Part shown: positions 1 to 9,493 of the stretch, in pieces | Numbering within the stretch: the first letter of the stretch is position 1 | Layout: each line of letters begins with the position of its first letter | Assembly (NCBI GenBank): GCA_963705165.1 | Contig: CAVPJD010000024.1 | Span: 32,001 to 96,000 of the forward strand | Length of the DNA stretch: 64,000 nt | Origin: an uncultured delta proteobacterium | GTDB taxonomy: Bacteria > Desulfobacterota > Syntrophia > Syntrophales > UBA2192 | Direction: 5' to 3' | Translations under genes and position numbers: made by a program | The notes under the pieces: model-generated | The model's database searches: none | What the model saw: the letters and a program-made list of their open reading frames with translations, nothing else | What the model was told of the DNA's origin: nothing

Positions 1-205
1 GACCCACCTCCCGGATGACGGCTTGAGTCACCCCGATGGGAACGCTCACGATGACAACGGGGCAGGCCCCGGCCATCTCGGCAGGGCGAAGGCCCGTGTC
101 GCGTCCCGAAACGTGGACAGGGTGTCCTTCCTTCTCGAAGAAGGCGGCAAACCAGCGGCCGATACCACTGACGCCCCCAATGATGCCGATGGGGAATTTT
201 TCCAT
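1..205 (-). CDS. tyrA: Prephenate dehydrogenase, N-terminal part (runs off window edge)
   Basis: Manual translation from ATG at 205: MEKFPIGIIGGVSGIGRWFAAFFEKEGHPVHVSGR...VVIVSVPIGVTQAVIREV. Rossmann GxxGxxG and VSVPI motif; last gene of the aro operon. Not in the ORF track. Confidence 0.85.
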   Translation of the reverse strand, partial: MEKFPIGIIGGVSGIGRWFAAFFEKEGHPVHVSGRDTGLRPAEMAGACPVVIVSVPIGVTQAVIREVG

Positions 206-219
206 ATTCTCCGTCTCTC

Positions 220-297
220 TCCCTCCTTTTGAAAAGGAGGGCAGGGGAGGATTTGTCATTGGAAGAAAATCCCCCTCTATCCCCCTTTATAAAAAGG
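220..297. repeat. Inverted pair of REP-like palindromes (AATCCCCCTCTATCCCCCTTT-n-AAAGGGGGA family)
   Basis: Same motif recurs at about 47263, 50078 and 54781. Confidence 0.7.
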
Positions 298-315
298 CGA
301 TGATAAGAATGCGGT

Positions 316-1368
316 TCATCGCACAGCCTTCTGTCTCAGCAGATGATCCGCCAGGACCAGGCAGACCATGGCCTCGCAAACGGGGACGATGCGGGGGATG
401 ACGCAGGCGTCGTGCCTGCCCCGCACCGTGATTTTTACCGGGTTTCCCCGGGCGTCGATAGTTTCCTGCTCCATGGCGATGGAGGCGATGGGTTTGCACG
501 CCGCCCGGATCACGATCTCCTGCCCCGTCGTGATCCCCGCAAGCACTCCGCCCGAGTGATTGGTCTTGAACCCGCCGGGGCCGATGGGATCGTTGCACCG
601 CGATCCTCTCATCCGCGCCGCCTCGAACCCGGCGCCGATCTCGACGCCCTTCACCGTCCCGATGCTCATGAGGGCCCCGGCCAGGTCAGCATCGATCTTG
701 TCGAAGACGGGCTCTCCGAGCCCCGCCGGGCAGCCCGTGACGCGGATCTCCACGATGCCGCCGAGGCTGTCGCCCTCGACCCTCACCTCTTCCAGCTTCT
801 GCTCCATCTGCTTTGCCGCCTCGGGGTCGGGGCACAGCAGGCGGTTTGCGCCGATGGCATCCCCCGACCAGGTCTCGATGCCGATGCCGCCCAGCTCCAC
901 AGTGCAGCCCAGGACATGGAGCCCTTCGCGGGCGAGGAGCTTGCGGGCAACGGCGCCGGCGGCCACGCGGGCCGCCGTCTCGCGCCCCGATGCACGGCCG
1001 CCGCCAAGGGGATCCCGGATGCCGTATTTTTTCAGATAGGTGAAATCCCCGTGGCCGGGCCGGAAGACGTTTCGAAGATCGTCGTATGCCTCGCTGTCGG
1101 CGTCGCTGTTTCGGATGAGAAGAGCGATCGGTGTGCCCGTCGTTTCTCCTTCGAAGACCCCGGAGAGGATTTCCACGCGGTCTTCCTCTTTTCTTGACGT
1201 GGAAGCCTTGTGACCGCCCGGCTTGCGCCGATTGAGCTCCGCCTGGATGTCGGCCTCGCCGAGAGCGAGCCTCGGCGGGCAGCCGTCGATGACGGCCCCG
1301 ATGGCCTTCCCGTGCGATTCCCCGAACGTGGTGACCCTGAAGAGCACGCCGAAGGTGTTACCGGACAT
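316..1368 (-). CDS. aroC: Chorismate synthase
   Basis: [24 protein letters not shown] and GRHDAC motifs. Confidence 0.98.
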   Translation of the reverse strand: MSGNTFGVLFRVTTFGESHGKAIGAVIDGCPPRLALGEADIQAELNRRKPGGHKASTSRKEEDRVEILSGVFEGETTGTPIALLIRNSDADSEAYDDLRNVFRPGHGDFTYLKKYGIRDPLGGGRASGRETAARVAAGAVARKLLAREGLHVLGCTVELGGIGIETWSGDAIGANRLLCPDPEAAKQMEQKLEEVRVEGDSLGGIVEIRVTGCPAGLGEPVFDKIDADLAGALMSIGTVKGVEIGAGFEAARMRGSRCNDPIGPGGFKTNHSGGVLAGITTGQEIVIRAACKPIASIAMEQETIDARGNPVKITVRGRHDACVIPRIVPVCEAMVCLVLADHLLRQKAVR

Positions 1369-1924
1369 CGGGCCTCCTCCTTTTCCGTTTATTTTCTGCT
1401 CCCATCAGATCGTCCTCCAGCCGCCCGGCGATCTCGGCCGCAATCCCGGCAGGATCCTTCCCTGCCGTGTCGACGACAACGTCGGCAACAGCCCTGTAAA
1501 CCGGCAGGCGCTTCGCCAGGACCTCTTCGACCTCAGCGAGCGTCCCGGCCCCGGTGAGCGATGGACGCTGAAGCGCGCCGCTGCGATCCCTGCTCATCCG
1601 AAGGGCCAGGATCCTTGCGTCGGCCCGGAGCCAGACGAGTTGGCCCCGTGCCCTGAGCATGGACACGTTGTCGGGATCCATGACGGCGCCGCCCCCTGCC
1701 GCGATGACGGCCTCGTCGAGGCCGGAGAGCTCCGAGATGACCGTTTTCTCCACCTCACGAAAGGCCTGCCAGCCGCTTGCCTCGACGATTTCCCGGACGG
1801 TCCTGCCTGTCTTGGCGAAGATCATCCGGTCCGTGTCGAAAAAAGGACGGCCCAAAAGCCTCGCCAGCTCCCGTCCTGCCGATGTCTTGCCGCTTGCGCG
1901 GTAACCGATCAAGATGATGTTCAT
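1358..1924 (-). CDS. aroK: Shikimate kinase
   Basis: [10 protein letters not shown]-loop, DTD, GGG and RPSL motifs. Confidence 0.96.
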   Translation of the reverse strand: MNIILIGYRASGKTSAGRELARLLGRPFFDTDRMIFAKTGRTVREIVEASGWQAFREVEKTVISELSGLDEAVIAAGGGAVMDPDNVSMLRARGQLVWLRADARILALRMSRDRSGALQRPSLTGAGTLAEVEEVLAKRLPVYRAVADVVVDTAGKDPAGIAAEIAGRLEDDLMGAENKRKRRRPDVR

Positions 1925-1947
1925 ATAAAAACCCGATACCTTAATCT

Positions 1948-2121
1948 TCCTCTCCCTTGAGGGGAGAGGATCGAGGTGAGGGTGATGGTTCGTCGTTCGT
2001 CAGGCTCACGATGACTGCTCACCATGGCAAAAGTAAATGTCATCCTGAGCGCCTGTCCTGAGTCCATCGAAGGATGTCGAAGGACACCCTCCCCTTCATC
2101 CCCTCCCGTCAAGGGAGGGGA
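1948..2121. repeat. Composite REP-like cluster: two CCCTCACCC..CCTCTCCC-type hairpins around a TTCGAC..GCTCACCATG / GTCATCCTGAGC..TCGAAGGA element
   Basis: Homologous to 49361-49462 and 3496-3533. Confidence 0.75.
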
Positions 2122-2142
2122 GATTGTTGGCTGGTCAGGATA

Positions 2143-3424
2143 TCACGGTGTCTGATACAGCTTCCCCAACTCCTCCCAGAACCCCGGGAAGGACTTCCCG
2201 ACACAGTCCGGGTTGCGGATCCGCATGCCGGGGACACAGAGCCCCAGCACGGCAAAGCTCATGGCGATCCGGTGATCGTTGTAGGTCTCGATCTCGGCTC
2301 CGCGCGGCGTGCCTCCCGTGATGACGAGACCGTCATCGGTTTCCTCGGCCCGGATGCCCGTCTTCGCAAGCTCCGTCACGAGTGCCTCCAGGCGGTTGCT
2401 CTCCTTGATGCGAAGGTGCGCCACATTGCGGATGATGGTCCGCCCCGGGCGCAGGGCCGCAAGGACGGCAAGGGTGGGCACCATGTCGGGCAGATCCTCC
2501 ATGGAGGCCGTGAAATCGCCCTCGATGAGCCTTCCCCCCGAAACTTCGATCCACCGGTCCGTGGCCGTAACGCCGCAGCCGAGCTCTTTGAGATACCGGA
2601 GGAATCGCACATCGCCCTGGTGCGTCCAGAAGTTCGTGTTTGTGACCCGGACGGTTCCGCCGCTTAGAGGCCGCCGCAAGGAAAAAATAGGACGCGCTCG
2701 ACAGATCCCCCTCGACGAGGTAGCGGCATCCCCGGTAGCGATGCCCGCTCTTTACGGAAAACTGATTCTCGTCATGCTTCTCCACGGGGACCCCGAAGGC
2801 TTTCATCACCGCCCGGGTCATCTCCACATAGGGGCGTGACACGGCGGAGCCGCGGATCTCGATCTCCACGTCCCCTGCTGCATAAGGCGCCGCGATCAGG
2901 ATCGAGGAGACATACTGGCTGCTCTCGATGTCCCGGAACATGACCCGCCCGCCCCGAAGCGTGCCGCCGTGGACGGTGACAGGAGGAAAGCCGCCGGTGT
3001 GCCGGCAGGTACTGGACACCCCGAGGCTCCGGATCCCCTCGAGCAGCGGCTGCAGGGGTCTCTCGCACAGGCGCGGGTCGCCCGTCAGGGTGATGTCGCC
3101 CGACCCGAGGGCCGCGACGCTGACAAGAAACCGCATGGCCGTCCCGTTGTTCCCCAGGTAGAGTTCCATGCCGGGGTTTTGGATGCGCCCGCCCGTTCCC
3201 GTGACGATCATGTCCCTGTCCGAGGTGACGATCCCGGCACCCAGACGCCGGAGGCTCTCCACGAGAACCTGCGTGTCTTCCGAGACGAGCGTGTTTCGCA
3301 GGATCGACTTCCCCTTGGCAAGCGACGCAATGACGAGGGCCCGCTGGGTGTAGCTCTTGGAGCCGGGAACCTGCAACTCGGCATTCACGCGCTTGAGCGG
3401 CCTGATTTCCTTTATTTCGGTCAT
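2143..3424 (-). pseudogene. aroA: EPSP synthase with a +1 frameshift near 2668 (true lesion or sequencing error)
   Basis: N-part (VPGSKS, GNNGTAMR, SSQYVS) in ORF 2333..3523; C-part (LRIKESNRL, YNDHRIAM, KSFPGF) in ORF 2143..2679. Removing one base gives about 426 aa. Confidence 0.9.
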
Positions 3425-3495
3425 CTTTTCATCCCCGGCTTGTCGACTTTGCGCCCTTCCCTGTACCCTGTACCGGAAAAGGCATGGGATCAATT

Positions 3496-3533
3496 CACCC
3501 TCACCCCGACCCTCTCCCCTCAAGGGAGAGGGA
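3496..3533. repeat. REP-like hairpin CACCCTCACCCCGACCCTCTCCCCTCAAGGGAGAGGG overlapping the aroE stop codon
   Basis: Same family as 1948-1985, 2085-2121 and 49426-49462. Confidence 0.7.
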
Positions 3534-4389
3534 GATCAGGGTCTGGGTCCTCAGAACTCGTTACTCGTACCTTCAGACCCTGTCTTTCCAAGGTCGTCTT
3601 CACCACCCGGGACATCAGTTCGACCGGAGGCTCGAGTCCCGTCCAGATGCGGATCTGCTCCGCCCCCTGGCGGACGAACATGGAAAGCCCCGTGATCACA
3701 CCGCACCCGGCCGCCCTTGCCTCCCGCAGCAGGCGCGTCTCGAGAGGGTTGTAGATCGTCTCCACGACCCATCGGAACCGGGCCAGGTACCGCCGATCGA
3801 CGGGGGTCTCATCCATAAGCGGGCGCATCCCGACGGGGGTTGCGTTGATGAGCACCTCGGCCTCCACCGTGCCCAGATGGGCCAGCGGCTGCGCGCCGCA
3901 CCCGAACCATCTTGCCAGGGATTCGGCCCTGTCGAGGCTGCGGGCAAAGACAATCGGAACGCCTCCCTCTCTCAGAATGCCGTAGACGGCGGCCCGTGCG
4001 GCGCCGCCTGCGCCCAGCACGGCAACGGTCTTCCCTTCCAGGGGAAATTGCTCCTGCATGGCTGCGGTGAGGCCCGTCCAGTCCGTGTTGGAGCCCCGAA
4101 GCCTTCCGCCTTCGTTTTTAATCGTGTTGACGGCGCCGATGGCGCTGGCATCCTCGTCCACCTCGTCGAGGAAGTCCATGACGGCGCCCTTCACGGGAAG
4201 GGTCACGCTCACGCCGGCAAGCGGCTTCTCACGGATCATCCGGATCGAGAGCTCCAGGTTCTCCACGCAGTGCGCCTCGTAGCGGGCACGGATTCCCATG
4301 GCCCCGAAAGCCGCGTTGATCATCAGCGGCGAGAGACTGTGCCCCACGGGGTTGCCGAAGAGGGCGTATTGTCGAATGCTTTCCTTCAC
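3520..4389 (-). CDS. aroE: Shikimate dehydrogenase
   Basis: GNPVGHSLSP, VTLPVK, GAVNTI, NTD, LGAGGAARA and NATPVGM motifs. Confidence 0.97.
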   Translation of the reverse strand: MKESIRQYALFGNPVGHSLSPLMINAAFGAMGIRARYEAHCVENLELSIRMIREKPLAGVSVTLPVKGAVMDFLDEVDEDASAIGAVNTIKNEGGRLRGSNTDWTGLTAAMQEQFPLEGKTVAVLGAGGAARAAVYGILREGGVPIVFARSLDRAESLARWFGCGAQPLAHLGTVEAEVLINATPVGMRPLMDETPVDRRYLARFRWVVETIYNPLETRLLREARAAGCGVITGLSMFVRQGAEQIRIWTGLEPPVELMSRVVKTTLERQGLKVRVTSSEDPDPDLPLP

Positions 4390-5072
4390 GACGACTCCTG
4401 TAAGATCCCCAGAATCGTTTTCATCTCCCCCGCCGTCAGTTGTCCCGGCGCCGATTCAGCCCCATCCTCGAGACTCGCATAGCTCATGCAGGATCCCAGC
4501 AACGGCGCCGCCACGCGGCTCAGGCGCCCCTTTGCGCCCATGCAGAACGCAATGATGTCCTGTCCCACGCCCAGGGCCTGCGGGATGAGTTCCAGCACTC
4601 TCAGGTTGTCCTCTGCCGCCTGTGCCAGGGTGACGATCTTCACGATGTCGGCCCCGAGAAGGCGGCAGGCCTTGAGCCTTTTCATCAGGGTTTGCCGGGA
4701 AGGGGTTCCCTTGAGATCGTGATGGGAGACGATAAGCCCCGTTTTGCCTTTCTTCGCGCGGATCGCCTTGCCCAGTCTGCCCACGGCCGCAGCACCCGTT
4801 CGCGCCTCGATATCCACATAGCGTGCGCCCAGATCGACCGCCTCGCGAAGCAGCGCCGTGCGCTTGTCTTCGCATCTCGCAAAGAATCCTCCCTCGTCCC
4901 TGCGGCGGTTTGTCACCAGGATCCTTTCCTTCCCGGCGTGAAGGAGCAGGGGCAGGTCAGGTTCACCGATGCGGTCGATCCGCAATTCGACGAGATCCGC
5001 CGCGGGCAGCGCCCGCGCGAGCAGGCACAGGGCCTCCTCGTTCGTTTCGGGCACGATGGATATGCAGATCAT
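4386..5072 (-). CDS. aroD: Type I 3-dehydroquinate dehydratase
   Basis: Start MICISI at 5072; ADLVELRID, SHHD, ADIVKIV, MG..G..SR and SAPGQ motifs. Confidence 0.95.
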   Translation of the reverse strand: MICISIVPETNEEALCLLARALPAADLVELRIDRIGEPDLPLLLHAGKERILVTNRRRDEGGFFARCEDKRTALLREAVDLGARYVDIEARTGAAAVGRLGKAIRAKKGKTGLIVSHHDLKGTPSRQTLMKRLKACRLLGADIVKIVTLAQAAEDNLRVLELIPQALGVGQDIIAFCMGAKGRLSRVAAPLLGSCMSYASLEDGAESAPGQLTAGEMKTILGILQESS

Positions 5073-6151
5073 GGTTTCTCCGCCTCCCCGGGGTAGGACC
5101 CCAGAACCTTGAGAAAAGCCGTCTTGCGTTGCAGTTTTCGAAGACCGTCCTTCACCGGTCTGCTCGTCCGAATGACCCTCGATGATCGATGAAGAAGAGA
5201 TACCGCCACATCCGATCCCGCGCCGGGTGGGATTCGATGCGCAGCAGGTTGATCCCCGCCGTTGCAAACGGCTCGAGCGCGGCGTGCAGGGCCCCCGGCC
5301 GGTGTTGCGTCGAGAAGAGGATCGACGTCTTGTCCCGCCCCGTCGGGCTGTTGGATCCTCTGCCGATGACGATGAAGCGTGTCGTGTTGGCCGGGTGATC
5401 CTCGATGCCTTCCTCGACGATGGGAAGCCCGTGGATTTCCGAGGCGAGGCGGCTGCCGATTGCGGCGGCCTCCCGGTCCTGCAAGGGCCCGCAGCACGGC
5501 CGCCGAGGTGCTCTCCGTCTCGACGGGGACCGCCCGGGGAAGATTCCTCGCCAGCCACTGCCGGCACTGGGCCAGCGCCTGAGGATGGGAGTAGACCCGT
5601 CGGATTTTCGCCTTTGTTCCCCGGGCCATGAGACAGTGGGAGATGCGCAGGAAGATCTCGCCCCGGATCGAAAGCGGCGTTGCGATCAGCCTCTCGAGGG
5701 TGACCCTCACGGGCCCCTCCACCGAGTTTTCCAGCGGGACGACACCGAGGTCGGCCTTTTGTTTTTCCGCAGCGTCGAAGACCGCGCCGATCGTCTCCTG
5801 CGGCGCCATGCGGGCGCTTCCTCCGAAGCGATCGAGGGCCGCCAGGTGGGCAAACGAGCCTTCAGGTCCCAGGCAGGCCACCGCGAGAGGCGCCTGGAGC
5901 GCCCGCGACGACGACAGGATTTCCCGGTAGATGTGCCCCAGGGTCTCGACGGCGAGGGGACCCTCGTTGAGGGCTGCGATTTCATTCAGGACGCGTGACT
6001 CCTGGGCGGGGTCGTAAACGCCGATCCCCTCCTGCCCCTTGATCTTCCCGACTTCCAGGGACAGGCGGGCGCGCTCGTTGAGAAGACTCACGATGTCGCG
6101 GTCCTTGTGACGGATCTCGCGCCGGATGTTCTCGATGCCCGTTTTCTTCAT
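5069..6151 (-). pseudogene. pheA: Chorismate mutase/prephenate dehydratase (P-protein) with three +1 frameshifts near 5485, 5185 and 5160
   Basis: CM domain (LLNERARL, YDPAQE, IYREILS), LGPEGSF, VPLENSVEG and SHPQALAQC in frame A; NTTRF..PGAL..IESHP in frame B; IEGHSDEQ in frame C; LKVLGSYP back in frame A. Confidence 0.9.
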
Positions 6152-7242
6152 GCCTTGAGTGCCTCGATGGTTTGCTCTACGAGCTCCAGCGGAACGCCGC
6201 CGTTGATAAAGGGCATGCCGGGTTTGCGCAGAAGGACAAAGTGGATCTTGCCGCCCGCCTTCTTCTTGTCCGCCGCCAAATGCGACAGGATGCGCGCCGT
6301 ATCCAGGCTCTGCGGGATCCGGACGGGAAGGCCCGCCCGCCCGATTGCGGTAACGACCCGCTCCCGGTCCACGGCGGAGAGGTAGCGCTGGCTCTCCGAG
6401 ATGAGCGTGGCGGCTACCATGCCCATGGCCACCGCCTCGCCGTGCGCAATGGCATATTGCGATTCGGCCTCTATGGCGTGGCCTACAGTGTGGCCGAAGT
6501 TGAGGATGCGGCGCAACCCTTTTTCCGTCTCGTCGACCTCGACGACACCCTTCTTGATCCGGCAGGACGTGGAGACGAGGCGCTCCAGGAGGGCGGGATC
6601 CCTGGCCTGCAGAGCCTCGGTCCCTTCCTCGATGGCCTCCAGGAGTTCGGGGTCCTCGATGATCCCGTACTTCACGATCTCCGCCAGTCCGTTGGTGAAC
6701 TCCCTGGCCGGAAGCGTGTCGAGGAAGGCCAGGTCGATGAAGACGGCCCGCGGCTGCAGGAAGGTGCCCAGCATGTTCTTTCCCGCCGGGAGATCGACGC
6801 CGGTCTTTCCCCCGATCGAGCTGTCCACCTGGGCAAGAAGCGTCGTGGGAATCTGCACACAGGGGATGCCCCGCATGTAGATGGAGGCGACAAAACCCGC
6901 CACATCGCCCACGACCCCGCCGCCCAGGGCGATCAGGCCCGATGTCCGGTCGGCGCCTGACTCCAGCAGGCGCCCCGCCATCTCCACGCAGGTGCCGATG
7001 GTTTTCGAGGCCTCGCCGGCAGGAAAGGCGATCGTTTCGACGGCAAGCCCGTTTTCGCGCAGCACGCCGAGGACCCTCTCCCCGTGGAGAGCCGACACGT
7101 TGTCGTCCGTCACGACGAACCAGCGGGAGGCCCCACCGTTCTTGGTGAGGACAGGGGCGACCCGGTCGAGGATGTGGCAGCCGATGTGGATGTCGTAGGA
7201 GGCGTTGAGCCGCCTGTCGAGATTCACCCTGATCCGGTTCAT
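6148..7242 (-). CDS. aroB: 3-dehydroquinate synthase
   Basis: Start MNRIRV; GEASK, LGGGVVGD, PTTLLAQVDSSIGGKTG and LNFGHTVGHAIE motifs. Confidence 0.97.
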   Translation of the reverse strand: MNRIRVNLDRRLNASYDIHIGCHILDRVAPVLTKNGGASRWFVVTDDNVSALHGERVLGVLRENGLAVETIAFPAGEASKTIGTCVEMAGRLLESGADRTSGLIALGGGVVGDVAGFVASIYMRGIPCVQIPTTLLAQVDSSIGGKTGVDLPAGKNMLGTFLQPRAVFIDLAFLDTLPAREFTNGLAEIVKYGIIEDPELLEAIEEGTEALQARDPALLERLVSTSCRIKKGVVEVDETEKGLRRILNFGHTVGHAIEAESQYAIAHGEAVAMGMVAATLISESQRYLSAVDRERVVTAIGRAGLPVRIPQSLDTARILSHLAADKKKAGGKIHFVLLRKPGMPFINGGVPLELVEQTIEALKA

Positions 7243-8267
7243 GACGGCACCCTCTGCATCCGCTGCATGGCGGTCTCGAGCACCGCAAGATCTTCCATGA
7301 GCTGGTATAATTTCTCGGGCTTCAGGGACTGCATCCCGTCGGAGACGGCCTTTTCGGGCTCGGGGTGGACCTCGACGATGATCCCGTCGGCCCCCACGGC
7401 GACGGCCGCCCGGGCCAGGGGCGCCACGTACTTCCAGTGGCCCGCCGCGTGGCTCGGGTCCACGATCACCGGAAGGTGGGAGAGCTCCTTGAGGACGACA
7501 ACGGCCGAGAGATCCAGGGTGTTTCGCGTGGCCGTCTCGAAGGTGCGGATCCCCCGCTCGCAGAGGATGACCTGGCTGTTGCCCTCGGAGAGGATGTACT
7601 CGGCCGACATGAGGAGCTCCTCGATCGTCATCATCATCCCCCGCTTGAGCAGGACGGGCTTGCGCGCCTGGCCCACAGCCTTCAGGAGCGCGAAGTTCTG
7701 GGCGTTGCGCGCGCCGACCTGGAAGATGTCGGCGTAGGCCTCCACGAGATCCACGTCGGCGGGATTTACGACCTCCGTCACGATGGGAAGCCCCGTATGC
7801 TCGCGGACCTTCTTCAGGAGCTTGAGCCCCTCTTCTTCCAGGCCTTGGAAACTGTAGGGCGAGGTCCGGGGTTTGAAGGCGCCGCCCCGGAGGATATGGG
7901 CGCCGGCCTTCTTTGCCACCCAGGCGCATTCCATGAGCTGCTCCTCCGTCTCGACGGCACAGGGCCCCGCCATGACGATGAACCGCGGCCCGCCGATCGC
8001 GAGTTCGCCCACGCGGACGATCGTATCGGCTTCCCGGAATTCGCGGCTGGCAAGCTTGTAGGGCTTGAGTATGGGCACCACGATCTCCACCCCCGGCAGG
8101 TGGGCAACGGATTTGATCTGCTCGCGGCCCCGGGCATCCCCCACGGCGCCGATGATCGTCTTCTCCGTCCCTCGGGAGAGGTGAGCCCGGTACCCGACAG
8201 ACTCGATCCACTCGACAACCCGGTCGACCTGTCCGTCCGTTGCGTTTTTCTTCATCACGATGATCAT
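7239..8267 (-). CDS. aroF: DAHP synthase type I-beta with N-terminal regulatory domain
   Basis: Start MIIVMKK; AGPCAVE, GGAFKPRTSPYSFQG, LLKRG, CERGIRTFE and DPSH motifs. Confidence 0.97.
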   Translation of the reverse strand: MIIVMKKNATDGQVDRVVEWIESVGYRAHLSRGTEKTIIGAVGDARGREQIKSVAHLPGVEIVVPILKPYKLASREFREADTIVRVGELAIGGPRFIVMAGPCAVETEEQLMECAWVAKKAGAHILRGGAFKPRTSPYSFQGLEEEGLKLLKKVREHTGLPIVTEVVNPADVDLVEAYADIFQVGARNAQNFALLKAVGQARKPVLLKRGMMMTIEELLMSAEYILSEGNSQVILCERGIRTFETATRNTLDLSAVVVLKELSHLPVIVDPSHAAGHWKYVAPLARAAVAVGADGIIVEVHPEPEKAVSDGMQSLKPEKLYQLMEDLAVLETAMQRMQRVPS

Positions 8268-8286
8268 AATTGCAGTACCTCCAATG

Positions 8287-8320
8287 AAAAAGGCCATGAT
8301 GGCTGTCGCCCCCATGGCCC
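8287..8320 (-). terminator. Second terminator-like hairpin of the aro leader
   Basis: Minus strand GGGCCAUGGGGGCGACAGCCAUCAUGGCC followed by UUUUU, just before the aroF RBS (GGAGG). Confidence 0.65.
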
Positions 8321-8334
8321 TCCTCGATGAAAAC

Positions 8335-8375
8335 AAAAAAGCCATGGGCAGCGTCTTTCGATCTACCCATGGCTT
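8335..8375 (-). terminator. First terminator-like (attenuator) hairpin of the aro leader
   Basis: Minus strand AAGCCAUGGGUAG-AUCGAAAGACG-CUGCCCAUGGCUUUUUU. Confidence 0.75.
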
Positions 8376-8404
8376 CGGTTTGGCTTATTCTTTCGTGCTT
8401 AAGT

Positions 8405-8494
8405 CTAAGTCCTCCTCAGCGACGGGCAGACCTGTCCGTAAAAATAATAGGTGCTAAACCAGAAGCCAAAATTACGGAGTTTCAGTCTTTCCAT
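8405..8494 (-). CDS. Aromatic amino acid attenuator leader peptide (29 aa)
   Basis: MERLKLRNFGFWFSTYYFYGQVCPSLRRT. 8 of residues 9-19 are F/W/Y; AAGGA RBS; lies upstream of the hairpins and aroF. Confidence 0.85.
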   Translation of the reverse strand: MERLKLRNFGFWFSTYYFYGQVCPSLRRT

Positions 8495-8623
8495 CACAAA
8501 GGTTTCCTTCAAAAAGTGGCCCATGAAAACACGATCGGGCGCCCCTGTCAACAGAAATTTTCCGCCATGCCGCCGAGGGACCACCAAAACCATTGCGGGA
8601 CGGGCATTTACAGGCACGCCGGA

Positions 8624-9460
8624 TCACATGAGCGAATCGCCCTGCGAGAGCTTGAAGCGGATGGGGATCTCCACCCATGCATCCACGACGGCGCCCATGC
8701 GCCGTGCCGGTTCGAACCGCCAGGACCTCACGGCCTCGAGGGCCGAATCATCCAGCGAGGCGTAGCCGGAGGAGCGCTTGACCCGGACGGCCCCGATCCG
8801 GCCGTCGGCCCGGACCTCGGCCGCGATCAGCACGTCGCCCTCGTAGCCCCGCTGTCTCGCCGCGCCCGGGTAGGCGGGGGGCCGGTTCTCGCGGTAGCGG
8901 GGCATGGCCTCCGAGTAACCCTCCTGGGCGCTGGCGCCCGTTTGCCTCTGTCCCCGGGCCGCCTCACCCGCCGGGGAACCCCGACCCGCTGTGGCTGCGG
9001 CAACGCTCCCCTTCGCGGGTTCGACGGAGACGCTCGTTTCCATCGTCTCCCGCTTGTCGACCGCTTCGGTGATGACGGCTTTTTCCATGGCCTTCGGAAC
9101 AATGGCGGGGGCGGTTTTTGCATGAATGACCGGCTTTTTCGTGACCTCGTCGGCCTGGGCGGCCCCGTTGCCGTTCTCGGGACCCGGCATGACCGTCACC
9201 AGGGAAACCCGGACGACCCCTTCGTCGCCTGCCGTGGGGAAGCTGACAAAAGGGTTTGCCACGGCAAACAGGACAAACGCCAGGACCCCCGCGTGCAGGA
9301 TCGAGGACAGGGCAATGCCGGGCATCATGCTCTTTCCAAAACGGCGCGGCCCGTCCGCGGGGCGCACCGCTCCCCGCGGGACCTTCTCAGCGGGACCCGG
9401 GATGGCCAGGCCGAGATCGACAGGGTAATGGCACTCTCTGCTCAGAGTCGTCACATTCAT
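8624..9460 (-). CDS. tonB: Energy transducer TonB family protein (start uncertain, may be near 9328)
   Basis: S..LH TM anchor; C-terminal PAYP..AR..G.EGDV, SSGY.SLD.SAL and WRFEPA. Confidence 0.9.
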   Translation of the reverse strand: MNVTTLSRECHYPVDLGLAIPGPAEKVPRGAVRPADGPRRFGKSMMPGIALSSILHAGVLAFVLFAVANPFVSFPTAGDEGVVRVSLVTVMPGPENGNGAAQADEVTKKPVIHAKTAPAIVPKAMEKAVITEAVDKRETMETSVSVEPAKGSVAAATAGRGSPAGEAARGQRQTGASAQEGYSEAMPRYRENRPPAYPGAARQRGYEGDVLIAAEVRADGRIGAVRVKRSSGYASLDDSALEAVRSWRFEPARRMGAVVDAWVEIPIRFKLSQGDSLM

Positions 9461-9493
9461 GATTCATCCATCCTTGCGGCTTCTTCCTCCGGA

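Noticed and set aside
2660..5490. Programmed frameshifting in aroA or pheA
   Set aside because: No slippery heptamers at the shift sites, and three successive shifts would be needed in pheA
5069..8370. Apparent 739-740-aa fusion ORFs (5069..7288, 6148..8370) and the long aroD ORF
   Set aside because: The N-terminal extensions are off-frame read-through of neighbouring genes; real starts are 6151, 7242 and 5072
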